From Sulfolobales archaeon HS-7 (GTDB lineage Archaea; Thermoproteota; Thermoprotei_A; Sulfolobales; Sulfolobaceae), in the NCBI GenBank assembly GCA_019704295.1, contig AP024596.1, positions 640,001-704,000 on the forward strand: 64,000 bases of DNA. The letters run 5' to 3'. Below are positions 1 to 11,556 of the stretch, one piece after another (the stretch's first letter is position 1; every line of letters starts with the position of its first letter). Position numbers and translations under genes: made by a program. The notes beneath the pieces were generated by a model that was not told where the DNA came from, did no database searches, and saw only the letters and a program-made list of their open reading frames with translations.

Positions 1-609
1 CTTGCGATGGTAATTGGAAGTATGTTAGGAGCAAGTTGGTCAAACTTCTTCTCATGGTGTGGAACGACTGTACAGAATCAATTAGAAATACTTTCAATCA
101 TTGAAGTCATTTACTCCACTATTCAAGCGCTAGGTTTGGGCACTCTATCTGCTCTTCTTTCCCCATTATCCACGGTGAGTACTATACTTACTATTTCGAT
201 GACAGGCATAGAAACATTAGTAGTGATTGGGAAGATCGTTTATACTTTGATGGGGGTATTCTCAGCGATGGGTATAATGCTGATTGCCCTTCCGTTTAGG
301 GTGGGTAGGGTTATTGGTTCCTCCTTGCTAGCGTTCTCAATAATATTTTATGCGGGACTCCCCTATTTACCATACTTCGTTCAAAATGTATTTGGTTCAG
401 TCTCAATAGTTAGTCTAAGTTACTCCACAGCTCAACAGATAAATACCAGTGTAACATCTCTATTAACACAGGTAATACCTAATGTTATTGGAATCTCAAT
501 AATAGGACCAGCGATCTATCTGACAGTATTGGGAAGCTTATCTTTAGGTCTAGCATCGGCAATTAGTGGGAGTCGTGCAGTGCTGCCTATCTCGATAGAT
601 GTGTTCTAG
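1..609 (+). CDS. cedA: DNA import membrane protein CedA (5'-truncated by window edge)
   Basis: Multi-TM protein with LIALPFRVGRVIGSSLLAFSIIFYAGLPYLP motif typical of crenarchaeal CedA; followed by a small 2-TM ORF as in the ced locus. Confidence 0.75.
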   Translation, partial: LAMVIGSMLGASWSNFFSWCGTTVQNQLEILSIIEVIYSTIQALGLGTLSALLSPLSTVSTILTISMTGIETLVVIGKIVYTLMGVFSAMGIMLIALPFRVGRVIGSSLLAFSIIFYAGLPYLPYFVQNVFGSVSIVSLSYSTAQQINTSVTSLLTQVIPNVIGISIIGPAIYLTVLGSLSLGLASAISGSRAVLPISIDVF

Positions 610-619
610 GTGAATATGT

Positions 620-769
620 GTGAAAGCACTAAAAATCCTTATCATTTTTACTCTAATTAGTAGCATAGAGGAAATCGTCGTAATAAAAAACGTTGAATTA
701 TTTTTAACGATTATAGGTCTAGGTATTCTTGGCGTTATTCTTTCTCAGAAGTTTTTGTCTCGGCACTAG
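620..769 (+). CDS. cedA2: Small 2-TM protein, probable CedA2 (49 aa; not in ORF track)
   Basis: GTG start after AGGTGA RBS (608-613); MKALKILIIFTLISSIEEIVVIKNVELFLTIIGLGILGVILSQKFLSRH; directly downstream of cedA. Confidence 0.65.
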   Translation: MKALKILIIFTLISSIEEIVVIKNVELFLTIIGLGILGVILSQKFLSRH

Positions 770-850
770 TCCTTTTACTTTCCCTCTTTGTTTCCTTTAT
801 CATAAATAGTGTAGTTTTTTGTCTTCCTCCCATAAATATAGATATAAGGA

Positions 851-1291
851 ATGGGGTTTAATAAATTGAGTCATAAGAAGTATGAGTACTTAGAGCATAC
901 AGCGGATGTAGGAATAAGAGCTTACGGAAAAACCTTAAATGAAGCTTTCGAAAACTCCGCAATAGCTTTATTTAACCTAATAAGTAATATTGAGAAAATT
1001 AACGTAATAAAGAAATTCTCAATAGATATATTAGGATTCGATCTCGAGAACCTCTTTTATAAATGGATTGAATCTCTTTTAATAATTCATGATAGTTATA
1101 ATGTCATACTCTCTCGCTTTAATGTTAATATTGATATGAATACTCTTAATCTGTCGGGGACAGTAGGCGGTGAAACTTTTAATCGCGATACACACGAAAA
1201 GAGGGTCGTAGTAAAGGCAATTACATATCATGAAATTAAGATTGTTGAAGAAGAGGGATTAGTAATGATAGAATTTGTCGTGGACATATGA
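851..1291 (+). CDS. Archease (RtcB tRNA ligase cofactor)
   Basis: YEYLEHTADVGI N-terminal motif, VKAITYH and C-terminal VVDI; real start may be TTG at 866. Confidence 0.95.
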   Translation: MGFNKLSHKKYEYLEHTADVGIRAYGKTLNEAFENSAIALFNLISNIEKINVIKKFSIDILGFDLENLFYKWIESLLIIHDSYNVILSRFNVNIDMNTLNLSGTVGGETFNRDTHEKRVVVKAITYHEIKIVEEEGLVMIEFVVDI

Positions 1292-1377
1292 GGGAGTTAG
1301 TGATTATCTATAAACTTTATTAGCGACTTTCGACTAAAGTTTTTATCCCTAATATCAATACTTATTTTAAGACGATA

Positions 1378-1848
1378 ATGCGTACCTCAAAACTAAAGTC
1401 GGAATTAGACGAGACTGATAAGAAGCTTTTAATGGAACTCTTAAGAGATGGTAGGGTTACTCTCAGGCGCTTGGGAGAAACTATGAATATGTCTTCTGCT
1501 GCAATACATAATAGGTTATCTAGACTAGTGCAATTGGGAGTTGTTAAGGGATACGTGCCCCTGTTAGATTACTCTAAGTTAGGATATAACGTAACAAGTG
1601 TCATTTCGGCTAAGATAGATGGAAAACATTTAATAGAATTTGAGAAAGAAATAGCTAGCAATCCTAACGTGGTTGCTGTTTACGACATAACGGGAGAGAA
1701 CGATGTATTGTTTATTGCAAAATTTAGAAATATTGAAGAATTGGATGGATTTATAAAGCAAGTTCTTCGAAACCCCAGTGTGGAAAGGACGTCGACCAGT
1801 ATCGTGTTAAATGTTGTTAAAGAGGATCCTCGTCTCAGAATACCATAA
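1378..1848 (+). CDS. Lrp/AsnC family transcriptional regulator
   Basis: [20 protein letters not shown] and C-terminal RAM domain (YDITGENDV). Confidence 0.95.
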   Translation: MRTSKLKSELDETDKKLLMELLRDGRVTLRRLGETMNMSSAAIHNRLSRLVQLGVVKGYVPLLDYSKLGYNVTSVISAKIDGKHLIEFEKEIASNPNVVAVYDITGENDVLFIAKFRNIEELDGFIKQVLRNPSVERTSTSIVLNVVKEDPRLRIP

Positions 1849-1969
1849 CATGATTCATGAACATGGGTTGCTAAGAGAGAATAATACCACGTCATATAGA
1901 ACCGTGCCCTATTGCTTAGGAGGTCGTAAATCTGAGAACACCTCCAAACATGAGGAAGCTTTTATTGTG

Positions 1970-2689
1970 CTATTTTTCCTCCCACTGTGTAAGGTATCGA
2001 GCACATATCGTGAAGAGAGCTGTTTCCAATAACAGAACAGCCACTGATGACATAGTTGAGGGACCGTCAAGACCACTTTGCACAATTACAGATGCCGGAG
2101 TAACTGGGGTTGCCATCAGAATATACAGTATAATCTTAGGGAGTATTTGATAAGGGTAATAAAGTGGTGGTATTATAGTAAATACGATTGATAGGAATGA
2201 GGAAAGTCCCCAGCTGTGCCTGACGTGCTTGAGTCTGCTCGATGTTATTATTCCAAGAGACGACGTGGAAAACATAACCAATATAAGGACTCCAAATATT
2301 GGTGGTATTTCAATTAGTGGGAAAACCTTGAGTATTATTCCCAAAATAATGTAAAGGACTATCCCTGGAAAAGAGAATACCAGATCACCTAGCATTAGCC
2401 CTATCATATAATCAACTGGTCCAACTTCAGTTGCCACTAGCAGATCTATCATTCTGAGTTCCAGCTTGAAGAAGGCATTATCGCTTACGAGCGATAGAGC
2501 GTTAGATGCGACTACTGCTATCATCCCTCCTATTATTCCGTAGGATAAAAGTTCTCCACGAGATATTATAAACACTAGAAGTAATAGCGAAAGCGGTAGA
2601 CTTAGATAGGATAAAACGTATACGGGACCACGCTTTAGGCCAGACCACCCATAAAACCAGGCAAAAGTGAGAATAAATTTAAGATTCAA
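1970..2689 (-). CDS. ABC-2 type exporter permease
   Basis: About 6 TM segments, PPLYYPY motif, overlaps the ABC ATPase gene. Confidence 0.85.
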   Translation of the reverse strand: MNLKFILTFAWFYGWSGLKRGPVYVLSYLSLPLSLLLLVFIISRGELLSYGIIGGMIAVVASNALSLVSDNAFFKLELRMIDLLVATEVGPVDYMIGLMLGDLVFSFPGIVLYIILGIILKVFPLIEIPPIFGVLILVMFSTSSLGIITSSRLKHVRHSWGLSSFLSIVFTIIPPLYYPYQILPKIILYILMATPVTPASVIVQSGLDGPSTMSSVAVLLLETALFTICARYLTQWEEK

Positions 2690-3506
2690 TTTCTACACCC
2701 ATCGTTATGAAAACGTCTTCCAACGTTATAGGCTTTAGAGTGACGTTTTTATCCAGTAACTCAGAGGCCTTTGTTTTGTCTACATAAGATAATCTTGTCT
2801 TACCTATAATTATATCACCCATACCCTCCACTCTAACTTTTCCTTTCAGAGGTTCCAATAGCTCGTTAACCGTACCCAGCCCTCGTAATTTTCCACGATC
2901 CAAAATAGCTATCTGACCGCAAAGTTCCTGAGCCTCCTCCATGTAGTGTGTAGTAAGGAGGATTTTAGACCTTATTTCCCTTACGGCAGACCATACCTCC
3001 ATTCTTGAAATTGGATCTAGGCCAGTAGTAGGTTCATCTAAGAACACCACATCAGTGTTCGATGATATGGCCATAGCAACGAAGATCTTTCTCTTCATTC
3101 CTCCTGATAATTCGTCAGTAGGTTTATCGATAACCTCACCTAGTCCAACCGCCTCAAGGGCTACTTTCGCTTCCCGAACAGCGTCACGAAACGACATACC
3201 CTTGGCAGTTAGATACATTGTTACATGTTCTAGAGGACTAGCTATGCCCATAGGCTTCGCCTCTTGAGGAATGCTAGTAATTTTCTTCCTTAGTGTTTTC
3301 CTATCCCTTTCTATATCATATCCGTTAATTACCGCCTTTCCACTAGTGGGTTTTAATTGAGTTGAAAGTATTCTAGTTAATGTAGTCTTACCTGCACCGT
3401 TCCTACCGATTAAACAGGATATTTTACTATCTAATTTCATTGTTAATGAGTTTAGGGCAATAGTACCGTCGTCATATCTTTTAGTAAGCTCAAAAGTCTC
3501 AATCAT
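2679..3506 (-). CDS. ABC exporter ATP-binding subunit
   Basis: [34 protein letters not shown]. Confidence 0.95.
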   Translation of the reverse strand: MIETFELTKRYDDGTIALNSLTMKLDSKISCLIGRNGAGKTTLTRILSTQLKPTSGKAVINGYDIERDRKTLRKKITSIPQEAKPMGIASPLEHVTMYLTAKGMSFRDAVREAKVALEAVGLGEVIDKPTDELSGGMKRKIFVAMAISSNTDVVFLDEPTTGLDPISRMEVWSAVREIRSKILLTTHYMEEAQELCGQIAILDRGKLRGLGTVNELLEPLKGKVRVEGMGDIIIGKTRLSYVDKTKASELLDKNVTLKPITLEDVFITMGVEIES

Positions 3507-3659
3507 AGTTTTTACTTAAGTTAGCAAAGCTTATGAAATTGAAGCATATAGGGGTTAAGCACCCCAAAACCTCATATTTAACCTCGAAGCGGTGAAAACA
3601 TGTTTATACAAGCATTATTTTAACATGATTACCTTCCCAAATGCTTAAAAGCTTACATA

Positions 3660-3980
3660 TTGTTAATACATGTTAGTGGTACTTTAATGCCAACGGAACA
3701 AACTAAAAGTGAAAAGCTTGACTACAGAATAATAGAAATTATAAATGCATCGCCTGCTACAGAAATAAAGGTAATTATAGTACTAAACAGAATTCCAAGT
3801 CCAGATATTGTTAACGATATATCGGCCATGTCAGGTGTGTCTGTAGTAAAGGTAATACCAGATATAAACGTAATAAAGGCAAAGGGAAAGGCTAGGCTCT
3901 TTTATGAGGTGGCTTCCAAGAACTACGTTAGCCACATAATACTCGAAGAAATTTTATCTAAAGAAAGGGAAAACATCTAG
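3660..3980 (+). CDS. Hypothetical protein, alpha/beta pattern reminiscent of a subtilisin propeptide (I9)-like fold
   Basis: Stop overlaps xpd start; likely start ATG 3687; fold guess from residue pattern only. Confidence 0.5.
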   Translation: MLIHVSGTLMPTEQTKSEKLDYRIIEIINASPATEIKVIIVLNRIPSPDIVNDISAMSGVSVVKVIPDINVIKAKGKARLFYEVASKNYVSHIILEEILSKERENI

Positions 3981-5626
3981 TGCAGTTAAGGACATGGCAA
4001 TCTAAAGCGTTTGACAAGGTGATAAATGAGATAAAAGAAAACAAGATCGTAGCGTTACAGTCTCCTACAGGTTCTGGAAAAACATTATTTGCCTTATTCG
4101 TAGGATTTAAGGAATTTAAAAAAATTCTATTCGTCGTAAGAACACATAATCAGTTTTATCCGGTATATAAGGAGATCTTGAATAACTTTCCTGACAAATC
4201 CTTCTCGTTCCTAACTGGTAAACCAGTTTCTTGTGTCTATGCAGATAAAACTGTTGAACCAGAGGATATTAATTGTAAATTTTGTAACATATTCACTGCA
4301 ATTCAAGTAAAGGTAGACAGACCCCCTTTTCAATTTCTCGATTCCCTTAAAGAGCTTGGAGCAGAAGAAGGATTCTGCCCTTACCATTCCCTCCATCTAT
4401 CAGCGGAAAAAAGTGACGTATTAACTATAACTTACCCCTACCTGTTTTTACCTCCTCTTAGGGAGACCTTGGATATAGATCTTGAGGAATACTTTATAGT
4501 GATCGATGAAGCCCACAATCTTGATAGCCTTTCGGATTACGATGAAAGAACCTTATCAGAACAGACTCTAGTAAGTGCTATGTCTCAGTCCTCCTCGACA
4601 TCAGTAAACAAAATTCTTGAGAAGTTGCGATTATTTGTAAAGAAAAACGTCAATCCAAATGATAAATACGTTGAGGTAAAGAATCTTCTAAGGCTTGATG
4701 AAGACGAGGAGGAACTTGTTGAAGACGAGTATATAAAGCTCAGGGATAAAATGATCCTTGACAGAAAAATAAGGAAAAATTACATAGGAAGCGTAATCAA
4801 ATTCGTAAAATCACTTAAAGAAGAAAACGTAAAGCTTTTCTCAATATCTGGGAAACTTGTTATAAAAAAGTTAGATATATCTAAATATCTGGAAATATTA
4901 GAAAAAAGTAATCTGGCAATACTAATGATGTCTGGCACATTGCCTCCTCCAGAATACATAAGTAAAGTATGGGGTATAAAGAGAGAAATATCGTACATAG
5001 ATGTGGAGAGCGAATTTGGGCTTAAAGGGTGGGGGAGGAAGAACTTCCTCCTAGCCAAGGATGTAACGACCTCCTACTCGTTTAGAAGTGAGATCATGTG
5101 GAGGAAGTACGCTTCATACCTCATGAGGATCTATTACAGTTCTATCAATAATGTACTGGCGGTAACTCCCAGTTACGAAACACTTCAAAAAATTTCCACA
5201 TTGTTAGAGAATAACATATCAGTAATTGTTGAAAACAAGGATACGACAATAGAAGACATTGAGAAAGCCATAAAGAGGGGAAAGACGCTAATTATGGGGG
5301 TAGCACGAGGGAAATTTTCGGAGGGAATAGAGTTTACCGAAAACAGGAGAAGCCTAATAACGGATATAGCAATAGTAGGCATTCCCTATCCATCAACAGA
5401 TGACTTCGCTAAGGCGAAAATAGAAACTATTAGTAAAAGAGTTAATGGTGACGTCAGAGAACTCCTGTTTTCGATTCCAGCACTTGTTGCAGTGAGGCAA
5501 ATTATAGGAAGGGCAATAAGAAACGAATTCGATTCGCCTAATATATGGTTATTGGATAAAAGATTTGATAGTGAGTGGTGGAAGAACAAATTAGGGGCAT
5601 TTAATGCAAAGAAAATAAGATTATGA
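3980..5626 (+). CDS. xpd: XPD/Rad3 Fe-S DNA helicase
   Basis: SPTGSGKT, four Fe-S cysteines incl. CPY, DEAH, SGT, QIIGRAIR. Confidence 0.95.
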   Translation: MQLRTWQSKAFDKVINEIKENKIVALQSPTGSGKTLFALFVGFKEFKKILFVVRTHNQFYPVYKEILNNFPDKSFSFLTGKPVSCVYADKTVEPEDINCKFCNIFTAIQVKVDRPPFQFLDSLKELGAEEGFCPYHSLHLSAEKSDVLTITYPYLFLPPLRETLDIDLEEYFIVIDEAHNLDSLSDYDERTLSEQTLVSAMSQSSSTSVNKILEKLRLFVKKNVNPNDKYVEVKNLLRLDEDEEELVEDEYIKLRDKMILDRKIRKNYIGSVIKFVKSLKEENVKLFSISGKLVIKKLDISKYLEILEKSNLAILMMSGTLPPPEYISKVWGIKREISYIDVESEFGLKGWGRKNFLLAKDVTTSYSFRSEIMWRKYASYLMRIYYSSINNVLAVTPSYETLQKISTLLENNISVIVENKDTTIEDIEKAIKRGKTLIMGVARGKFSEGIEFTENRRSLITDIAIVGIPYPSTDDFAKAKIETISKRVNGDVRELLFSIPALVAVRQIIGRAIRNEFDSPNIWLLDKRFDSEWWKNKLGAFNAKKIRL

Positions 5627-5698
5627 GTATAGGAGTTAAGGGGGATATACTACAGTTTTAGAGATGGATTAATATAGTCGAACTAGAGTAATATTATA

Positions 5699-6967
5699 AT
5701 GGAGTTAACGCTTAGGCATTGTGATTTTATAGTAAGTGCCGACAAGATCTACGAAAACACGAACTTAGTAATACAGGGGAATACGATCAAAACTATTGGG
5801 GATTATATAGAGGGCGATGAACTAGAATGTAAGGGAAAGATAGTAATACCTGGCTTAGTTAATACTCATACTCATCTAGGAATGACTTTTCTTAGGGGTT
5901 ACTATGATGATGCTGATTTCCCATTATGGATACATAAGATGTGGGAGAGCGAGAGAAAGGCCACCCGCGAAATTTTATCTCTTTCAACGGAGATCGCTAT
6001 TCTAGAGGCGATATCCTCTGGCACAACAGCGATTTTTGACATGTATTTTAATCCAGAAGATGTGAAGGAATTCTCTAATAAGTACGGAATAAGGACTTAC
6101 GGTGGTTACGTATTCCTTGATAGTAGGAATGATCCCTTTGAAATTGATAAGTTAAATAGGATGTTAAAGCCAACGGAATTGTTTACTCCGATCATAAACA
6201 TCCATAGTATATATTCCACGAGTGAAACTACGCTAAAATTGGCATCTCAATTGGCAAGAGAGGCAAACAGGAAAGTACAGATCCACATGTCTGAAACGAG
6301 GGAGGAAGTCTTCAATACTAAGAAGAAGTACGGTATGACTCCTATACAATACTTAAACAAATTAGTAGATATTAACGAGAAATGGGAACTCGTGCATCTC
6401 GGGTGGGTTACTAATTGGGAAATCGAGATTTTAAAGCGTGTAAACGCTACAGCTGTTCATTGCCCAACATCTAATATGAAGTTAGCAACTGCAGGCACTT
6501 TCCCTATGAGAACTTTCCTAGAGGAAGGGATAAACGTTACACTAGGGACAGACGGACCTGCCAGTAATAACTCGTTAGACATGTTCAGAGAAATGAAGAC
6601 AGCGGTGCTTCTACAGAGGAATACTTACTGGAATTATGATATAGGAGCCAAAGAAGTTATCTCCGCCTCCACGCGAAATGGTTATAGATATGCTGGACTT
6701 AATGCGGGATACGTAAAGGAGGGATGGTTAGCTGATCTAGTCGTGTTAGACAGCAAAGGGTTAAGACCCCTAAGTAAGGAACGCGTTCTCTCGTCAATTG
6801 TATACAACGCTGTTGGCGAAAACGTTGACACTGTTATAGTAAATGGACAAATAGTTTACAAAAAGGGTATGTTTAATGAGAAGCTAAACGCCCTATATGC
6901 AGAACTCGAAGGTATATTATTCAAAGGAGAAAACGTTACTTCCAACGAACTTCAAATCCCATTATAA
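5699..6967 (+). CDS. Amidohydrolase (MTA/SAH deaminase family)
   Basis: PGLVNTHTH, IHMSET, HCPTSNMKLA, LGTDGPASNN. Confidence 0.9.
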   Translation: MELTLRHCDFIVSADKIYENTNLVIQGNTIKTIGDYIEGDELECKGKIVIPGLVNTHTHLGMTFLRGYYDDADFPLWIHKMWESERKATREILSLSTEIAILEAISSGTTAIFDMYFNPEDVKEFSNKYGIRTYGGYVFLDSRNDPFEIDKLNRMLKPTELFTPIINIHSIYSTSETTLKLASQLAREANRKVQIHMSETREEVFNTKKKYGMTPIQYLNKLVDINEKWELVHLGWVTNWEIEILKRVNATAVHCPTSNMKLATAGTFPMRTFLEEGINVTLGTDGPASNNSLDMFREMKTAVLLQRNTYWNYDIGAKEVISASTRNGYRYAGLNAGYVKEGWLADLVVLDSKGLRPLSKERVLSSIVYNAVGENVDTVIVNGQIVYKKGMFNEKLNALYAELEGILFKGENVTSNELQIPL

Positions 6968-7032
6968 ATATTAAATTACTACACTCGTTATTTGGTCTAT
7001 AAAGTTCTCTGCTTCCAATATAACTCTTCCTT

Positions 7033-7678
7033 TCAGGAAGAGATCCGTTCCGACTCGATACCGTTAATTTTACTCATAATTGATTTGAACTGCGATATAC
7101 TAATTTGACCTGGAGCTGTGCTTTCTCCGCAATTAACGTAAAATAATTTAGAACCTAAAAGAGCAAACGCTAATCTTGTTCGAAACGAATCTTCCAGTGG
7201 CATAACACTAGAATTTGAGTATGTCTCTAGAAATTTAAGGAGTGTATTTAGGCAGTTTTTACCCTTAGTTACAGCTAACTTTAAAGAAAAGGCCTCTCTA
7301 AACTTCTCCATTAAAGATATAGGTTCGTTTGGATCTTCTGGAGGCGAATTGATGTAATGAACGGAAACTATTTCATTCCTAAAAGGCATAGGGTATTTGA
7401 TTAAAAATCTAGCCTCTATATCATACATTAACCCTAACTCCCTAGCTCTTGAGAGGATTCGTCTCTTTAATTCGGGTTTAACGTAGTTTATTCCTCCCTC
7501 TGATATATCCCTTATCGTAATAATTGTTCTTTTTCTCCTTACTTTCTCTAATATATCGGGATTAATAGTTGGTAGATAGTCTAGGCGTAACTCAACGAAA
7601 TCTCCCCCGCAGTTCATTGCCCTATTTATGTCTTCGGATTTCCTAACTGGTACTGAGACGACTACTTTAAAGAGACAT
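7033..7678 (-). CDS. aroD: Type I 3-dehydroquinate dehydratase; natural ATG (7678) is out of frame with the body of the gene
   Basis: VELRLDY, TIRDISEGG, VSVHY, APGQ; last gene of aro operon; see finding on frameshift. Confidence 0.9.
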
Positions 7679-8849
7679 CACCTCCTAGTGCTCTTAAAGT
7701 GTCCCAAAAGCTGGGATTGCTCTTATTAACGCATTCGGCTTCCCTTATAATTCCTCCTACCATCACTGACGGGACGGATAACATCATACCAACCCTATGA
7801 TCCCCATTACAGTTAACCTCACTCCTTGTCAGTTCTTTAGAACCGTTTATCCTTATTTTCTCGTCGTGGACTTCAATCTTAACACCAAACTTCGCTAGTT
7901 CCAGAATACCGTTAACTCTGTCGCTCTCTTTAATCCTAAGTCTACTCGTGCCCTCAATCCCTATGGTGGAATTAAGACCACTAGCTACTGCGGCTATTGA
8001 CATTGCAGTATCAATAGCGTCTTCTACGTTAAATTCAGAATCCACTTCTTTTTCTATTCCATCTACTATCCATGAGGAATTGGTATAAGAGCTCCTAATA
8101 CCCATGGCTTTAAAGACGTCAACAATTGAGTGATCACCGAAAAAAGGTGGAGGCTCGTAGAGACCGGTTATTTCTAATCTTCCTCCAGTCAGTGCAGAAC
8201 CTGCTGCATAAAACGAAGAGAGAAGGTAATCTCCAGGGACACTTCCCCTATACGGTTTTAGTTCCGAATCCTCCACTTCTATCTGATTCTCAAAAACCTT
8301 AATACGTGCTCCGATACTCCTAAGCAGGTGGGCTGTTAAATTCACATACGATTTAGAAACCATTTTCCCTTTAATAGATATCTTCCCTCCTCCCATGAGG
8401 AGCAAGGAATATATAAGTCCTGAGATATGTTGACTGCTTTCACTTCCATCTACTTCAATTTCAGTATCTCTCAGCTTCCCGTAGAGCTTAATTGGCAGGT
8501 GATTTGAGGAGAACTCAATTCCGTAATTACGTAGTTCCAGAAGCGCAGAGAGGGGCCTGCTTTTAAGTTGGGATTCTCCATCTATTATCCCTTGACAACC
8601 GAATGCGCCCATTATAGGTATAATCATTCTTAAAGTAGTAGCCGAACCCCTTAACTTAAGAATTCCTTTGCAACCTCCTTTTATGTAGTTCACAGCATCA
8701 AGTGCGTCCAATACGTCATTAGATAGAGCCAAATTCTCCAATTTGATATCCGTTAATACCGAAGCTAAAATTAGCCTGATTGCTATAGATTTTGATTGAG
8801 GTGCTTTGATTGACCCCTGAATTATCGAGGGATTTATCTCAGCTATCAT
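7662..8849 (-). CDS. aroA: EPSP synthase
   Basis: PQSKS, SATTLR, SSQHISG, RIKESDR, DHR, VNKSNPSF; probable start MIAEINP rather than 8903. Confidence 0.95.
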   Translation of the reverse strand: MIAEINPSIIQGSIKAPQSKSIAIRLILASVLTDIKLENLALSNDVLDALDAVNYIKGGCKGILKLRGSATTLRMIIPIMGAFGCQGIIDGESQLKSRPLSALLELRNYGIEFSSNHLPIKLYGKLRDTEIEVDGSESSQHISGLIYSLLLMGGGKISIKGKMVSKSYVNLTAHLLRSIGARIKVFENQIEVEDSELKPYRGSVPGDYLLSSFYAAGSALTGGRLEITGLYEPPPFFGDHSIVDVFKAMGIRSSYTNSSWIVDGIEKEVDSEFNVEDAIDTAMSIAAVASGLNSTIGIEGTSRLRIKESDRVNGILELAKFGVKIEVHDEKIRINGSKELTRSEVNCNGDHRVGMMLSVPSVMVGGIIREAECVNKSNPSFWDTLRALGGDVSLK

Positions 8850-9639
8850 TCTGTTTCTCCACTCTCTTAATCGGCACAGGTTGAAACACCTTAACTGGTC
8901 CATAAGGGGAAAGAGCGTCTACTACTTTCATCTCATAACCTTTATTAACAATTGCAAAGTAAGAAGGTCCGTTTCCAGAGATACCTGATGAAAGAGATCC
9001 GACCTTTAATGCCGTTTGAATTGGTTTCTGATCGTAATTCAGTATTTCCGACATTAATAGGCCGTTAAGTAGCGTTGCCTCTATAATTTTACCTGAGAGG
9101 GCAATTCCAAAAATCTGAGCGAAAACCGAACTGAATTTTCTCAAGTCCTTAGGGATAATTTTTTTCTTTCCTTGCCTAATTAATAGCACTATCCTTATAT
9201 TGTCAGGAGGACTTCTATGGGAAATCTCCCTAAGTCTCTTATTGTCAGTAAACGATACCCCTCCGTAGTAAGAAGCGACTGCATCGTCAAAGGCTCCTGT
9301 AATGGACACCCCCGCTTTAATCGAGAGCTGTGCAGATACAGTTGGTGGATAAAAGTTAGAGTTATACAGAGAATTGAGCGCTGATATTGCGGCAACAGAT
9401 ACAGCGGAACTGCTTTTCAGACCAGACGACGATGGAATAGAAGAATTTACAATTACACAAGCGTCTCCTCCGAACTTTCGTCTAAAAAAGTCAACTATTA
9501 CTCCTATCAAGACAGAGCTTGTTTCGCATTTCCCCCACTCCGCCTTAACATATACCGGCATATTAATAGCCATCGTAGAACCTAGCCACGAAGGTATTGC
9601 GTTTACTACTGAGATCCCGCCGAAAGAGCTTGCTGACAC
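8839..9639 (-). CDS. aroK: Archaeal (GHMP-type) shikimate kinase
   Basis: [28 protein letters not shown]. Confidence 0.95.
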   Translation of the reverse strand: MSASSFGGISVVNAIPSWLGSTMAINMPVYVKAEWGKCETSSVLIGVIVDFFRRKFGGDACVIVNSSIPSSSGLKSSSAVSVAAISALNSLYNSNFYPPTVSAQLSIKAGVSITGAFDDAVASYYGGVSFTDNKRLREISHRSPPDNIRIVLLIRQGKKKIIPKDLRKFSSVFAQIFGIALSGKIIEATLLNGLLMSEILNYDQKPIQTALKVGSLSSGISGNGPSYFAIVNKGYEMKVVDALSPYGPVKVFQPVPIKRVEKQNDS

Positions 9640-10784
9640 AGAGATTTATACTCACCCCAGTTTCTCTCTATTTCCTCAACCTCATCTTTCTCTAATTTAA
9701 CCAAAGATACATAACCTGCTCTTAGCATATGATCGGCAAACGTCAAGGCTATCATGGCCTCGCCAACTGCGATGCCCCTTATTGCAACGCAAGGGTCATG
9801 CCTTCCCTTTACTGAAATCGTGGTGCTTTCCCCTGTTTTTACATTAACCGTATTCTGGGGTTTCCTTATAGAGGATGTTGGCTTGAATGCTATTCTGATA
9901 ATAACGTCTTCACCATTAGTTAAACCACCGAGAATACCGCCTGCGGAGTTCTTTGAGTAGCGAGGTCTTCCATTCTCCATCACAATTTGATCATTAGCCT
10001 CCGACCCCTTCATTTTAGCTCCTTCAAAACCCAGACCGTACTCGAAACCCGTGACAGCTGGTATTGATAGCAGCGACTTGGCTAGATCTGCCTTTATTTT
10101 ATCAAATACTGGTTCCCCGAGACCAGTAGGAGTATTCCTAACGATAAATTCCGCTGTTCCCCCTACACTGTCCCCCTCATCAAATACCGACTTAAGAAGA
10201 CTCGTGTAACTGTTCTCAATGTCCTTAGAAGGCGCTCTCACTGGACTATACTTAGCGCATATAGCTGAATCGAAATCTACCTTCCCCTCTACTTTTATAT
10301 TACCCATGCTTTTGAGATACCCCGCTATTAATATACGCCTTAATAGTAACAGTTTTTTAGCAACAGTTCCAGCTATAACCCTTGATACGGTCTCTCTTGC
10401 ACTAGCCCTTCCACCTCCTCTATAATCCCAGTTTTCGAAACCGTACTTCTGTATATATGGTAGATCTGCGTGACCTGGTCGAGGGGTGTATTTGGTCTCC
10501 TCGTACAGGGACGAAATTACGTCTTCGTTATTCACAATGACGGCTATGGGTGCTCCAGTAGTCTTTCCGTTAAATAAACCACTAACTATCTTAGGCTGAT
10601 CTCGTTCTCTTCTCCCAGAAACTAAATACCTCCCCGGTCTTCTAAATGACAGTTCAAACGCAATATCCTCTTCCGATAAAGGAAGTCCCGCTGGAACACC
10701 ATCAATTACCACCCCTACCAATGGACCGTGACTTTCCCCGAATGTAGTGACCCTAAATACTTTTCCAATAGAGTTACCTGGCAT
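9606..10784 (-). CDS. aroC: Chorismate synthase
   Basis: [38 protein letters not shown]. Confidence 0.98.
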   Translation of the reverse strand: MPGNSIGKVFRVTTFGESHGPLVGVVIDGVPAGLPLSEEDIAFELSFRRPGRYLVSGRRERDQPKIVSGLFNGKTTGAPIAVIVNNEDVISSLYEETKYTPRPGHADLPYIQKYGFENWDYRGGGRASARETVSRVIAGTVAKKLLLLRRILIAGYLKSMGNIKVEGKVDFDSAICAKYSPVRAPSKDIENSYTSLLKSVFDEGDSVGGTAEFIVRNTPTGLGEPVFDKIKADLAKSLLSIPAVTGFEYGLGFEGAKMKGSEANDQIVMENGRPRYSKNSAGGILGGLTNGEDVIIRIAFKPTSSIRKPQNTVNVKTGESTTISVKGRHDPCVAIRGIAVGEAMIALTFADHMLRAGYVSLVKLEKDEVEEIERNWGEYKSLCQQALSAGSQ

Positions 10785-11556
10785 CTAAAACCCTCCTAAC
10801 CTTATCCTCATTAACGGATTTACCTAACCAGATTTTTTGGGACTCTAATGCTTGCTTTATAAGAATTGTGATCCCGTCAATGAGTTTTATTCCCCTTTCT
10901 TTGACCGTCTTGGAAAAGCGGGATTCCTTAGCGTAAGAAAAATCTATTGCAATATCCCCATTTGGAATACACGGGATTGTCGCTTCAGCAGGCAACGCGT
11001 TAGCTAGAACGGAATACGTCTTCTCGCAGTAATCCCCTCTATATGAGGGGAAGGAGATTACATTTAATCCCATCCTAACCTCCTTATCTGCAAACGATTT
11101 AGCCCTATCGTAGTTCCTATTTACCAAGATAACGTCGCATCCACTCTCGGCTAGGGCTACTGTTATTGTCTTACCAGCTCCACCTGCCCCGAATACTAAG
11201 CAATTGCCTCCTAACTTCTTAGGAATTAATTGCTTCACCGCGATGTAATCAGTATTATATCCCGTACCATTATGAACAGTATTTACTGCACCAATTCTCT
11301 CCGCTTCAGTACTTAGATGCTTCACATATCTTAATACCTCTTCCTTATAGGGAATAGTCACGTTTATCCCATCGGAAATGGATAGAAGGGCAGGAAACAC
11401 TGTATGAAAGTTTGACGGATCAATGTCAAAAGCTAAGTAGACGGCATTCAACATAAGCTCTCTAAAAGAATAATTATGAATAGTTGGGGACAGACTGTAC
11501 TTAATTCCGTTACCTACTAAACAGTATAACCTTGTCTCGGCGTTTATGTTAAACAT
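10774..11556 (-). CDS. aroE: Shikimate dehydrogenase
   Basis: [29 protein letters not shown]; start taken at MFNIN. Confidence 0.95.
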   Translation of the reverse strand: MFNINAETRLYCLVGNGIKYSLSPTIHNYSFRELMLNAVYLAFDIDPSNFHTVFPALLSISDGINVTIPYKEEVLRYVKHLSTEAERIGAVNTVHNGTGYNTDYIAVKQLIPKKLGGNCLVFGAGGAGKTITVALAESGCDVILVNRNYDRAKSFADKEVRMGLNVISFPSYRGDYCEKTYSVLANALPAEATIPCIPNGDIAIDFSYAKESRFSKTVKERGIKLIDGITILIKQALESQKIWLGKSVNEDKVRRVLDAR

